NCBI RefSeq assembly: GCF_001481685.1
Contig: NZ_CP006867.1
Span: forward strand, 780,001-812,000
Direction of reading: 5' to 3'
Source of the DNA: Ignicoccus islandicus DSM 13165
GTDB lineage: Archaea; Thermoproteota; Thermoprotei_A; Sulfolobales; Ignicoccaceae
Length of the DNA: 32,000 nt
A program made the translations under genes and the position numbers. Positions within the stretch are counted from its first letter, which is position 1, and every line of letters starts with the position of its first letter. The notes under the pieces are model-generated. The model was not told the origin of the DNA and made no database searches. It was given only the letters and a program-made list of their open reading frames with translations. Shown here in pieces: positions 1-8,204 of the stretch.

Positions 1-77
1 AGTGATTAATCCACCCTTCACGCCTTACACCTCCATTAGAGAGGTAGAGCTTCAGATAAAAAGGACTTCTAATGTAG

Positions 78-248
78 CTATTGTTCCATTTTGACCTTAG
101 AAAGCTCTTGATCAACCTTTCTCTTCATCTCAGTTTTTATTTCCTCTGCCTTCTTTTCCAGCTTATTAACTACCTCGGTATAGTAGGACTCTATCTTCAC
201 TTTGAGGTCCTTAACTAATTCATCCTTAGTAGGCAAACCCGCTTCCAT
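78..248 (-). CDS. small charged coiled-coil protein, possible small A-type ATPase subunit (Sulfolobus epsilon-like)
   Basis: Not in the supplied track because it is under 60 aa. The ATG at 248 overlaps the atpD stop (TAATG). It translates to MEAGLPTKDELVKDLKVKIESYYTEVVNKLEKKAEEIKTEMKRKVDQELSKVKMEQ (56 aa) and ends with TAG at 80-78. Its position after the D/gamma gene matches the small subunit gene of the Sulfolobus ATPase operon. Downstream, GGAGGTG followed by a GTG at position 21 may start a further gene that runs off the left edge. Confidence 0.4.
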   Translation of the reverse strand: MEAGLPTKDELVKDLKVKIESYYTEVVNKLEKKAEEIKTEMKRKVDQELSKVKMEQ

Positions 249-889
249 TACGCAACCCTCCTACTTTGTAGTTTGTTACGTATCAATTTTAATCTCATGA
301 ATTCCTCTCTTTGCCTATCGTCTAGGACTTGTTTCACGAACTTGATGTTCTTTTGTATATCGGGCAATACGGAGTACTTTATTGCGTTGATTAGCCTCTG
401 CGTCCTTCTTAGCTCATTCATTATTCTGTACATGCTCATCTCAGCGTTCAAGGCTTTAGCTAGGGACTTCATCGCCTTTTCCATTTCTTCCTTAGCAGCA
501 TCCATATAAGGAGAACTGAACACTAAGGACAAGCTCGAAGCAGCAGTGGCGCTTTCGAATTCTACTACCGGTATCTTAACTCCGAAGGCCGATCGGGTAG
601 CTATCTTTGCCTTCAACGTTTCCGGTATGTACGCGACCTCTTGTTTACATTCCAACGCTCCGGATTGGACGAAGGCTAGGGCCATGTATTCTTGGGCCTT
701 CTCTAAATGTTTCGAGTACTCATCGTAGTACCTCTGGTAATCTGCTATGGCTCTCCTAAGGTATATTAGAAGTATATCTCTCTTATCTTCTAAGAGTTTC
801 TGGATCTTCTTAACGACCTTTTGCCTTTGCTTCAACCGTATTAGGTTTATCTTTGTAGGAAGTACCCTTTTAGCTCCAGGAAAACTCAT
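248..889 (-). CDS. atpD: A/V-type ATP synthase subunit D
   Basis: 213 aa. The N-terminus PTKINLIRLKQRQKVVKKIQKLLEDKRDIL and the C-terminal RRTQRLINAI...LDDRQREEF are typical of the coiled-coil subunit D family. Its ATG overlaps the atpB stop (TAATG). Confidence 0.9.
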   Translation of the reverse strand: MSFPGAKRVLPTKINLIRLKQRQKVVKKIQKLLEDKRDILLIYLRRAIADYQRYYDEYSKHLEKAQEYMALAFVQSGALECKQEVAYIPETLKAKIATRSAFGVKIPVVEFESATAASSLSLVFSSPYMDAAKEEMEKAMKSLAKALNAEMSMYRIMNELRRTQRLINAIKYSVLPDIQKNIKFVKQVLDDRQREEFMRLKLIRNKLQSRRVA

Positions 890-2328
890 TACTTCTTCAC
901 CTTTTCAAGCGCTTTACTGCTCCTGTATTTGGGATGGTACTTCTTGATGTATTCTGGTCTTATCTTCGTGAGTTCCTCCTCAGGAAGTATTGATAGGATC
1001 TCCCAAGCTAAGTCTAGGGTTTCCTCGATGCTCCTGTTCTCGTAGTAGTCTTGCCTCAAGAACTTTCTCTCGAACGCTTCACCGAACCTCAGATACTTCC
1101 TGTCCACTTCGCTTAGGCTCTCCTCACCTACTATTGCCGCTAGACCTCTAAGGTCAACGGCCCTTGCATAGGCAGCGTATAGCTGGTTAGAGACGTCGGG
1201 GTGATCTTCTCTAGTCTTACCCTTACCTATACCGTCCCTCATCAACCTGGATAGGCTCATTAGAACGTTGATCGGGGGATAGATGCCCTTGTTGTGAAGG
1301 TCTCTCGATAGTACTATCTGGCCCTCGGTAATGTAACCGGTTAGGTCCGGAATCGGGTGAGTGATGTCGTCGTTAGGCATCGTCAATATAGGCATCTGAG
1401 TTATCGATCCATTGGATCCCTTGACCCTACCGGCCCTTTCATAGATCGTTGCTAGATCGGTGTACATGTAACCGGGGTATCCTTGCCTTCCAGGAACCTC
1501 TTCTCTACTGGCTGAGATTTCTCTTAGCGCTTCACAATAATTGGTCATATCAGTTATTATTACTAGGACGTGCATGTCTTTCTTGAAAGCTAGGTACTCG
1601 GCGAGAGTTAGGGCGGCTCTGGGCGTCACTATCTTCATCATTGCTGGCTCGTTCGCTAAGCTCACGAACATTGCCGTCCTGTTTATTGCGCCGGTCTCTT
1701 CGAAGGCCTTCTTGAAGAAGAGTAACTCGTCGTACTGGATACCGACTGCCGCGAATACGACAGCGAAGGCCTCTTCCTTGCCTCTCACGGTAGCTTGCCT
1801 AGCTATTTGCGCGGCTAACTTGTTGTGAGGGAGACCTGAACCAGAGAAGATCGGGAGCTTCTGACCTCTAACTAGGGAGTTCATACCGTCTATAGCGCTT
1901 ATACCGGTTTGAATGAACTCGTCGGGGTATTCCCTTGCATATGGGTTTATTGGTTCGCCCCAGACGTTCCTCTTCTCAACAGCTCTTATTGGGGCCCCTC
2001 CGTCTATGGGTTCGCCCAAAGCGTTCATTATTCTACCTAACATGTCTTCGGAAAGCCCTATCTCCAATATCCTACCAGTGAAGCGTACCTTGCTCCCAGC
2101 GGGCGTTATTCCGGTCGTTCCCTCGAATACTTGTACTACCGCCAAACCTCTTCCAGTCTCGAGTACTATACCCCTCCTCTTCTCGCCACTAGGCAACTCT
2201 ATGTCTACTAGTTCACCGTATCCCGCGTCGCTAACTCCTTCAACTACTAGAAGCTGTCCTCTAATTTCGCTAATGGACTCGTATTCCTTGCCCCTAAGTT
2301 CTACCGTCACGTTCGTGCTACCCTCCAT
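889..2328 (-). CDS. atpB: A/V-type ATP synthase subunit B (non-catalytic)
   Basis: 479 aa with strong family resemblance throughout, for example [67 protein letters not shown]. Confidence 0.95.
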   Translation of the reverse strand: MEGSTNVTVELRGKEYESISEIRGQLLVVEGVSDAGYGELVDIELPSGEKRRGIVLETGRGLAVVQVFEGTTGITPAGSKVRFTGRILEIGLSEDMLGRIMNALGEPIDGGAPIRAVEKRNVWGEPINPYAREYPDEFIQTGISAIDGMNSLVRGQKLPIFSGSGLPHNKLAAQIARQATVRGKEEAFAVVFAAVGIQYDELLFFKKAFEETGAINRTAMFVSLANEPAMMKIVTPRAALTLAEYLAFKKDMHVLVIITDMTNYCEALREISASREEVPGRQGYPGYMYTDLATIYERAGRVKGSNGSITQMPILTMPNDDITHPIPDLTGYITEGQIVLSRDLHNKGIYPPINVLMSLSRLMRDGIGKGKTREDHPDVSNQLYAAYARAVDLRGLAAIVGEESLSEVDRKYLRFGEAFERKFLRQDYYENRSIEETLDLAWEILSILPEEELTKIRPEYIKKYHPKYRSSKALEKVKK

Positions 2329-2366
2329 TTAGTATCCATGAGGTCGGAATTATTTTAACTTCTCTC

Positions 2367-2588
2367 CTACTTAACTACCCGGATTAGTTTGACCTTGCTA
2401 GTGGCACCTTTCACTATTTCAATGTCCTTCGCCTTGAAGTATTTCTTCAATAATTTGATCAGTTCCTTATTAGCTTTTCCTCTTTCAGGAGGGGCGTCGA
2501 CCCTTACAACTAAGCAATCGCCTTCCCAACCAACGACCTCGCTTTTCGCTGAATTAGGTTTAACGCAAACCTTTACCAGTTCCTCCAT
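2367..2588 (-). CDS. DUF167/YggU-family small protein
   Basis: 73 aa. The pattern VKPNSAKSEVVGWEGDCLVVRVDAPPERGKANKELIKLL matches UPF0235/DUF167. Confidence 0.75.
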   Translation of the reverse strand: MEELVKVCVKPNSAKSEVVGWEGDCLVVRVDAPPERGKANKELIKLLKKYFKAKDIEIVKGATSKVKLIRVVK

Positions 2589-2731
2589 TACTTAGGACCC
2601 GGAATTGGTAAAAGAAGGTGCGTTATTACTTCGCGAGGTGAATTGAGATACTCACGGTTCTCCGTTCAAAGACGTCGGTTTTAGTTAATGCAATTGTTAA
2701 AATACTACCGAAGTTTCTCCCGCCCGACCTA

Positions 2732-3553
2732 TTGACGGTGATGAGCCTCCCATTCTCTTTAGCGTTCCTATATTACTCATGGCAAAGGGATTACTTTCTA
2801 GCAATTGCCTTCCTACTCCTTTCGTCCTTAATGGACGTACTCGATGGTGCTCTTGCTAGAGCCACTGGAAGGACGTCAAGGGCGGGATCCTTCTTAGATT
2901 CCTCTATCGATAGAATTAACGACGTAATAATTGCAGCCGCCCTTCCTTCAATAGGAGCGCCTTGGTTTTTGGCTTTCCTATGGGCAACGGGAGCTCTAAT
3001 AACTTCTACCCTAAGAGCGGCAGCCGAAATGGATGGTATTAAGGGCGAAGGAGTAGGCATCATGGAGAGGGGCGATAGAATAGTAGCAGTCCTCATAGTA
3101 TTTGTAATAAGAATTGTTGAAAGCAATATGAGTCTACCTACGCCTAAGTACTCCGTAGCGCTGGTTGCCGGCATAGATGCTCTTATATGGATAACAGTGG
3201 TACAGCGAGCGTTATTTTACGGATCAGTAAAGGCCTTATGGATGGGTTCCGTTGAGAGCTCCATAGTACTGGTTTCAATCTTACTCGGCAAAGCTTACGA
3301 CGTTTACGGGTTCTTAGGCGCGACCGGCATTCTAGGTTACGTTTACCTAATAGCTAAGTGGCTTTCCTTAGGATTTAGGTATCCCTTGAGCGTCTACGAC
3401 TCTGTTTTGGACTCCCTATCATTGTTCTCATTGGTATGGCTCCAAGGAGCGCCCTTCTGGCTTTTCTATGTAATTAGGATGAGTATGTACTACCTATCTT
3501 TACGAGGAACGCTGTTTTCAAGTATTCGAGGTAAGGGACCTGGGGTAAGGTAA
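2732..3553 (+). CDS. CDP-alcohol phosphatidyltransferase family membrane protein (archaeal lipid head-group synthase type)
   Basis: Carries the signature D-x2-DG-x2-AR-x8-G-x3-D-x3-D as DVLDGALARATGRTSRAGSFLDSSIDRIND. Multiple hydrophobic helices. The track start is TTG, so the exact start is uncertain. Confidence 0.8.
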   Translation: MTVMSLPFSLAFLYYSWQRDYFLAIAFLLLSSLMDVLDGALARATGRTSRAGSFLDSSIDRINDVIIAAALPSIGAPWFLAFLWATGALITSTLRAAAEMDGIKGEGVGIMERGDRIVAVLIVFVIRIVESNMSLPTPKYSVALVAGIDALIWITVVQRALFYGSVKALWMGSVESSIVLVSILLGKAYDVYGFLGATGILGYVYLIAKWLSLGFRYPLSVYDSVLDSLSLFSLVWLQGAPFWLFYVIRMSMYYLSLRGTLFSSIRGKGPGVR

Positions 3554-4628
3554 CGTGGTCCCTAGAAGCCCCTCCTATCTTGAATATCCTTACGTGGGAT
3601 TTAGCGTAGCGAGTCGCTTTCCCTATCACACCTAAGAACTTATCTCGAGTAAGAGGTTGAGAACAAGACGAAAGCGCAGCGATGCCTCCGATCTCGAGTC
3701 GCTTTAAGCTCTCAGAATACGCTTTTAAGTAATCCTTTACACCGATTTCGAAGTATTCCTTCGAGGGAATGAAGGCCGGCGGATCTACGCTCATCGAATC
3801 GAAAGAGCCCCTCTCGATCCTCAAGTAACTCCATACATCGGATTGGACTATCTCAGCCTTATCTTCGTTTACCCCATTTAATTTCAAGTTTATCCTAAGC
3901 ACGCTGAGCGCCTCTGGATCCTCGTCAACGAACTTAACCTTAGATGCCCCGTTGTGAAGTGCATGGAGACCGAAACCTCCAGTATATGAGAAGAGATCCA
4001 ATACCCTTCCGTAAGAAAGATGACCAAACAGAACCCTATTCTCCCTTTGATCCAAATATAGCCCAGTTTTCTGTAAGGTTACGTTCACGTACATCTTTAC
4101 GCCTTCTTCGTCCACAACGACTTCCTTGACGTTGCCTATAATGAAACCCTCCCTAGGTTCTAGGCCAACCTTCCTCCTGACCCTCTGAACGCTCTTTTCG
4201 TAGACGCTGGAGACGCCAGTCACCCTCTTAACTATTTCCGCTATTTCACTAATGTGAACGTCGATGGCCCTAGACGAGGACTGTAAAACGGCTACGTCCT
4301 TATATACGTCAACAATTAGCCCGGACAGCATATCTCCATCGCCGTTAACTAGCCTATAGGCTTCCCAATTGGCCGCTCCATTGAGCTCCCTCACTCGATA
4401 GCTATTTTCTATAAGCTCTTCGAACGCGTCCTTGGGAGTTGATGGACACTCGTGAAATAGGAGCAACCTCAGCCTCACTGGACCTGTCTCGTCCCACATC
4501 CCGCATAGCTTCATGTCCCCGAACTCGATGTCTACCAATTCGCCTACCTTTCCCTTACCCTTTACGTTCTTTTCGAACACTATTGGAGGGCCAGCTAGGG
4601 CTTTCCGCAGACCTTCCTCGGTTATCAC
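3474..4628 (-). CDS. SAM-dependent RNA methyltransferase with N-terminal PUA-like domain (RlmI / PH1915-like)
   Basis: 384 aa. SAM-binding motif VLDLFSYTGGFGLHA and catalytic-region motif VDPPAF are present, with an EEN/PUA-like N-terminus. The GTG start overlaps the upstream stop (GTGA). Confidence 0.8.
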   Translation of the reverse strand: MITEEGLRKALAGPPIVFEKNVKGKGKVGELVDIEFGDMKLCGMWDETGPVRLRLLLFHECPSTPKDAFEELIENSYRVRELNGAANWEAYRLVNGDGDMLSGLIVDVYKDVAVLQSSSRAIDVHISEIAEIVKRVTGVSSVYEKSVQRVRRKVGLEPREGFIIGNVKEVVVDEEGVKMYVNVTLQKTGLYLDQRENRVLFGHLSYGRVLDLFSYTGGFGLHALHNGASKVKFVDEDPEALSVLRINLKLNGVNEDKAEIVQSDVWSYLRIERGSFDSMSVDPPAFIPSKEYFEIGVKDYLKAYSESLKRLEIGGIAALSSCSQPLTRDKFLGVIGKATRYAKSHVRIFKIGGASRDHVTLPQVPYLEYLKTAFLVKIGSTYSS

Positions 4629-5437
4629 TTTACAATACCCTCTTTCATCAATTCCGAGACGGCAATTAGAATCGAAGTACCTATGAGGTCAGCAGTCGTT
4701 CCCGGGTTCAAATTTAACTCCCTTATGTACTCTTCGTGAAGACCCTTCCTAGCTAGTAAAGTTAAGTTGTAAGCGACCTTTAACCCCCATTTCCTTGCAA
4801 CTAGGTCGTCCAACACCTCCGATAGAATTAAGCCTTGTAACTTAGGTATTTCCTCAAATCCTCTCCGTATTAGGTAACGCGCGCCTTTGATACTGATGGG
4901 GTATCCACTAAGTATTTCCCTTGAAATAGTATCTCCCATTCTCTCAAGAACATCGTATAGGTTCCAGCCCTTTTCCAACGCTATTTCCGGACGACTAACG
5001 TCGGGATATTCTCGAGCTTCTATCTTCTTTAAGTGGGTTAACTTGCTTAATTTCAAGGACTTTAAGAACAGGTAAGCGTCCTCTGGCGTGCTCTCTTTAA
5101 CCTCTCTGAGACCGCACTTACCCATTTCGAGTCCCTCGTCTAGGCAGTTGAATAATGGAATGGTAAGTATAGCGAAGCCCGTTAACGCGCTCTTCCTTTG
5201 GTTAGGTATAAAAGCGAGGAACCTTTCGCCTAGAGGAAGCTTCATCTCGCATACTTCCTTCAACCTATAGGCTTCCATTAACAAGTCGAAGTACTGAAAG
5301 TTGGAAGGATTAGTAGGGTATACGTTGCCTGCCTTAGGGTAAGCCCCCTCCAAGGCCTCTGCTATTAATATGAGATCACATTTAGGTACGAGCCTAACCC
5401 GAGGTGGAGCCTCTCTCCCAAGGTCGATAGTTCCCAA
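4625..5437 (-). CDS. hypothetical protein, helical, no motif recognised
   Basis: 270-aa ORF embedded in an overlapping operon. The track start overlaps the upstream gene by 73 nt. Alternative starts are an in-frame TTG at 5354 or a later Met (residue 54). Confidence 0.55.
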   Translation of the reverse strand: MGTIDLGREAPPRVRLVPKCDLILIAEALEGAYPKAGNVYPTNPSNFQYFDLLMEAYRLKEVCEMKLPLGERFLAFIPNQRKSALTGFAILTIPLFNCLDEGLEMGKCGLREVKESTPEDAYLFLKSLKLSKLTHLKKIEAREYPDVSRPEIALEKGWNLYDVLERMGDTISREILSGYPISIKGARYLIRRGFEEIPKLQGLILSEVLDDLVARKWGLKVAYNLTLLARKGLHEEYIRELNLNPGTTADLIGTSILIAVSELMKEGIVK

Positions 5438-6150
5438 GAACCTCTCACCTCTATTTCCATACCAACTTTCAATTCGGAGTGTTGCATCCTCAAGCTCTCT
5501 ATTACTATTCCATTATCCAATTGATACACGTACGGCATTACGTTGCCTTGCGCTTCGACTATAACTCCTCGCACGCTTCTAGCGCCTATCACCGAGGGCC
5601 TCGTCGGAGCCCTATTAGGACCGACCAGCCTTATTGAGTAGTGATAACCGCGCCATTCGCCCTCCAAGAGGGCTTCCCTACTCCTATACTCGACTGCACC
5701 GCTTCCGAGCGAATCCCACTTGCCCCATTTCGGGGGCTCGGTTTCCCCGCTTTCCCTCATCTCCCTTAGAGCCTTAATTACGCGTTCGAAGTTGTTATAG
5801 TAAACGAGATCCAAGTCTCCTTCTATACCAACAACTCTAGAGCCCGTTAATCCAGCCCCCTTGGGTAAGATCGAAGCGAAGTCCTTAGCCACTTTGTCCG
5901 CTTCTATTAAGTCCAACGGATTCATTATTATTGCCTTCGAGAGAGGAACTAGCGGAACTGGTCTGGGTGCACAGTCGCAACGCCTAACTAGGTTTAAGAT
6001 GGAACTTAAGGAGGTCGTGTCACTAACTTTCCTGTTACCAACGTATCTCGGGAAGGCAACTGCAAACCCTTCAGGATGTTCAACTCCCTTAACCATCCAC
6101 GTTACGTCCTTATATTTCAAGAGGAACCCTTCCTTAACTTCTCCTTGCAA
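5365..6150 (-). CDS. predicted nucleotidyltransferase (Pol-beta superfamily, archaeal COG1665-like) with a possible C-terminal OB-like beta domain
   Basis: 261 aa. The N-terminal HPEGFAVAFPRY block and the G-S...D-x-D motif (GLTGSRVVGIEGDLDLVYY) are typical of minimal nucleotidyltransferases. The C-terminus is beta-rich (VRGVIVEAQG...EIEVRGSWE). Confidence 0.6.
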   Translation of the reverse strand: MQGEVKEGFLLKYKDVTWMVKGVEHPEGFAVAFPRYVGNRKVSDTTSLSSILNLVRRCDCAPRPVPLVPLSKAIIMNPLDLIEADKVAKDFASILPKGAGLTGSRVVGIEGDLDLVYYNNFERVIKALREMRESGETEPPKWGKWDSLGSGAVEYRSREALLEGEWRGYHYSIRLVGPNRAPTRPSVIGARSVRGVIVEAQGNVMPYVYQLDNGIVIESLRMQHSELKVGMEIEVRGSWELSTLGERLHLGLGSYLNVISY

Positions 6151-6542
6151 GGAGGGTTCTCCGGGTTTTCAACAATTGCTTTCAGAAAAACGCATCGCTT
6201 CGTGGTAGGAGAGAAGAAAACGCAATCGTAACAACTTCTCGGTACTTCGCCTTTCAAGGGATTCTTGAACTTCTCAGTCGATTTCTTAACGTGCTCGTTT
6301 ACCATTCTCTCTATCTCTTTCTCAGAGTTGTCTGCGTGGTGCGATTCAACTAGTTCTTCCTCTTCCGGTACGACCACTTCGCTCCTAGTTGGCTTAGTTT
6401 TTAGAAGGTAAATTGGGCATGAGCTATAATTTGGGGTCAGACACCCATACTCTAGGTGATTTACTTCCTCATTTATAACGGAACATACGACCCTCTTCTT
6501 AAAAACTCCTTTGACTTTGGCGAAAGGGCACTTTCCTGGCAA
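6117..6542 (-). CDS. cysteine-rich hypothetical protein (two 4-Cys clusters)
   Basis: 141 aa. Cys at positions 5, 20, 34, 42 and 104, 107, 117, 132, separated by an acidic linker. No signal peptide. Its 3' end overlaps the next gene by 34 nt. Confidence 0.5.
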   Translation of the reverse strand: MPGKCPFAKVKGVFKKRVVCSVINEEVNHLEYGCLTPNYSSCPIYLLKTKPTRSEVVVPEEEELVESHHADNSEKEIERMVNEHVKKSTEKFKNPLKGEVPRSCYDCVFFSPTTKRCVFLKAIVENPENPPCKEKLRKGSS

Positions 6543-6591
6543 GATCCATCACCTTCAACGTTATTACGTGCTATCGTTCTTGATAAAGAAT

Positions 6592-7716
6592 TTACTTCCC
6601 TTCCCTTCTTAAAGAAGTAACTATAACATAGAGGGGGACTAGCGTTCCGTAAGTCATTAGGGTCCACGCTACACAGAACGGTTTGACGACCTTTAGTTTT
6701 TCGCCTTCGACCTTTACTAAGTGCCCTAAAAGCGTAGGCCAATACGTTTCGTTATTATACTTTATTAGGAGCTGATCGTTTCCCCTCGCGAAGCCGGGCG
6801 CGGGAACTAGTTGCGGTGTCGGAATTTCCTTGAGGCTCTTCAAAGTTACGTTAGTTTCTTCCTCGCCGTAGCTCACCGTTACCCTAAGCGAACCCTTGAG
6901 CTGTAGAAGTTCTCCTTTCGAATTAATTGCTATTACGTTTTGGGATCCGTTCGTCAATTCTACCTTAACGACCCTTCCCACGTGCCCCAGAGGTAATGAC
7001 GTTATCGCTGAAAACAAGAAGATGACAAGTGCTATGGAGGCCCCAGCTACCACTATCTTCTTTTCGAATCCTATCGCAACTCCGATGGCTATTAGGATTG
7101 AAGTTATTACCACTAACAATACCTTTGAAACGAAGTAAGGCGTTACGCCCGGCTGGGTTACGAACGATTTAGTATTGCTCATAGTCGGATGCAAGCTACC
7201 TTGAATTACGTAGGGCGCTATGAAGCTTATTGGCAAGGAAGCGAAGGCTGCTATTGCATAGACAGCCGATATCACGGCCCTCTTTTCCGGTTCCTTGATG
7301 CTATACCTTATTGCGACGTACACTAAATACGCTATGAACATTAGTAATACTGAAGTTTCCCTAGGATCCCAGTTCCACGAACTTCCCCACGATTCCAAGG
7401 CCCACATGCTTCCCGTAATTAATGTGAGGAACGCGTATACCAAGGCCGTATATATGAACGCCGAAGCGTATCGATCGAATTTTTCGTTATTCGTAATTAA
7501 GTAGATAATTGAAAGAACGAAGCCTGCCGTAAACAAGATGTAGGAAGCCCACGCTATTGGTACGTGTAAGTAAACATTTAAGTACGCTGCCGGACTACCT
7601 AGAGGAACTGCGCTTGGAATAGGCGCCTTGGTGACTACTAGATTCGATACAACTGCGTCTGCGATCAATAAGATGGATACTAGGATCGATATTGAAATCG
7701 ATAAATACCTACTCAT
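6592..7716 (-). CDS. cytochrome c assembly haem-handling protein (CcmC-like WWD domain) with an extra C-terminal anchored domain
   Basis: 374 aa. YLHVPIAWASY (His51), Trp-rich WGSSWNWDPRET (residues 110-121) and GSLHPT (His176) are spaced as in CcmC. These are followed by additional TM helices and a beta-rich domain of about 100 aa. Confidence 0.75.
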   Translation of the reverse strand: MSRYLSISISILVSILLIADAVVSNLVVTKAPIPSAVPLGSPAAYLNVYLHVPIAWASYILFTAGFVLSIIYLITNNEKFDRYASAFIYTALVYAFLTLITGSMWALESWGSSWNWDPRETSVLLMFIAYLVYVAIRYSIKEPEKRAVISAVYAIAAFASLPISFIAPYVIQGSLHPTMSNTKSFVTQPGVTPYFVSKVLLVVITSILIAIGVAIGFEKKIVVAGASIALVIFLFSAITSLPLGHVGRVVKVELTNGSQNVIAINSKGELLQLKGSLRVTVSYGEEETNVTLKSLKEIPTPQLVPAPGFARGNDQLLIKYNNETYWPTLLGHLVKVEGEKLKVVKPFCVAWTLMTYGTLVPLYVIVTSLRREGK

Positions 7717-7775
7717 TTGTCTTTACCGGTGTAAACGATTTACTTCTCCGTATTTTTGGGTATCGGGAACAAGCT

Positions 7776-8198
7776 TTGAAGGAAATCAGTGTAAGGGACA
7801 TCGAATCGAGTCCGAGGTCCTACGTCCTAGTTGATACGTCTGTACTTATGCTAATTGAGGAAAGAGCGAACGTTCTGGAAGACTTGACTTCGCGTGGATT
7901 GAAGTGCGTCGTTACTACTACCGTTCTAAGGGAACTAGAGAAGTTATCGAAGATGGGTGGAAGGAAGGGGTTAGCAGCTAGATTGGCCCTTAAGGTCGTT
8001 CAGAGCTCTTGTTACGTCCTTCCAACTGAAGGAAGGAAATGGGCCGATGAGGAATTGGTTGATATAGCCTTGAGATATTCAGTTCCAGTTGCTACAGCCG
8101 ACTTGGAATTGAGGAGGAAACTCTTGAGGAAAGTTCCGACATTCTATTATAGGAAGACTCAAAGGAGGATGGAGAGTGACGATTACTTCGAAATTTAA
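7776..8198 (+). CDS. PIN-domain protein, Fcf1/Utp24-like (COG1412 type)
   Basis: YVLVDTSVLM...VVTTTVLRELEKL...ADEELVDIA...VATADLELRRKL carries the acidic PIN residues. The maximal ORF begins at TTG 7692, which would overlap the divergent gene. The in-frame TTG at 7776 gives a typical protein of about 140 aa. Confidence 0.7.
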   Translation: MKEISVRDIESSPRSYVLVDTSVLMLIEERANVLEDLTSRGLKCVVTTTVLRELEKLSKMGGRKGLAARLALKVVQSSCYVLPTEGRKWADEELVDIALRYSVPVATADLELRRKLLRKVPTFYYRKTQRRMESDDYFEI

Positions 8199-8204
8199 AA
8201 AGCT

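Noticed and set aside
6473-6742. 89-aa minus-strand ORF bridging the CcmC-like gene 3' end and the Cys-rich gene 5' end
   Set aside because: It overlaps two better-supported ORFs in other frames and has Arg-rich odd composition. It is most likely spurious.
7692-7775. N-terminal 28-codon extension of the PIN-domain ORF from TTG 7692
   Set aside because: It would overlap the divergent CcmC-like gene start by 25 nt and would add a non-conserved-looking leader to a domain that normally starts near the first acidic residue. The TTG at 7776 is preferred, but this is not proven.
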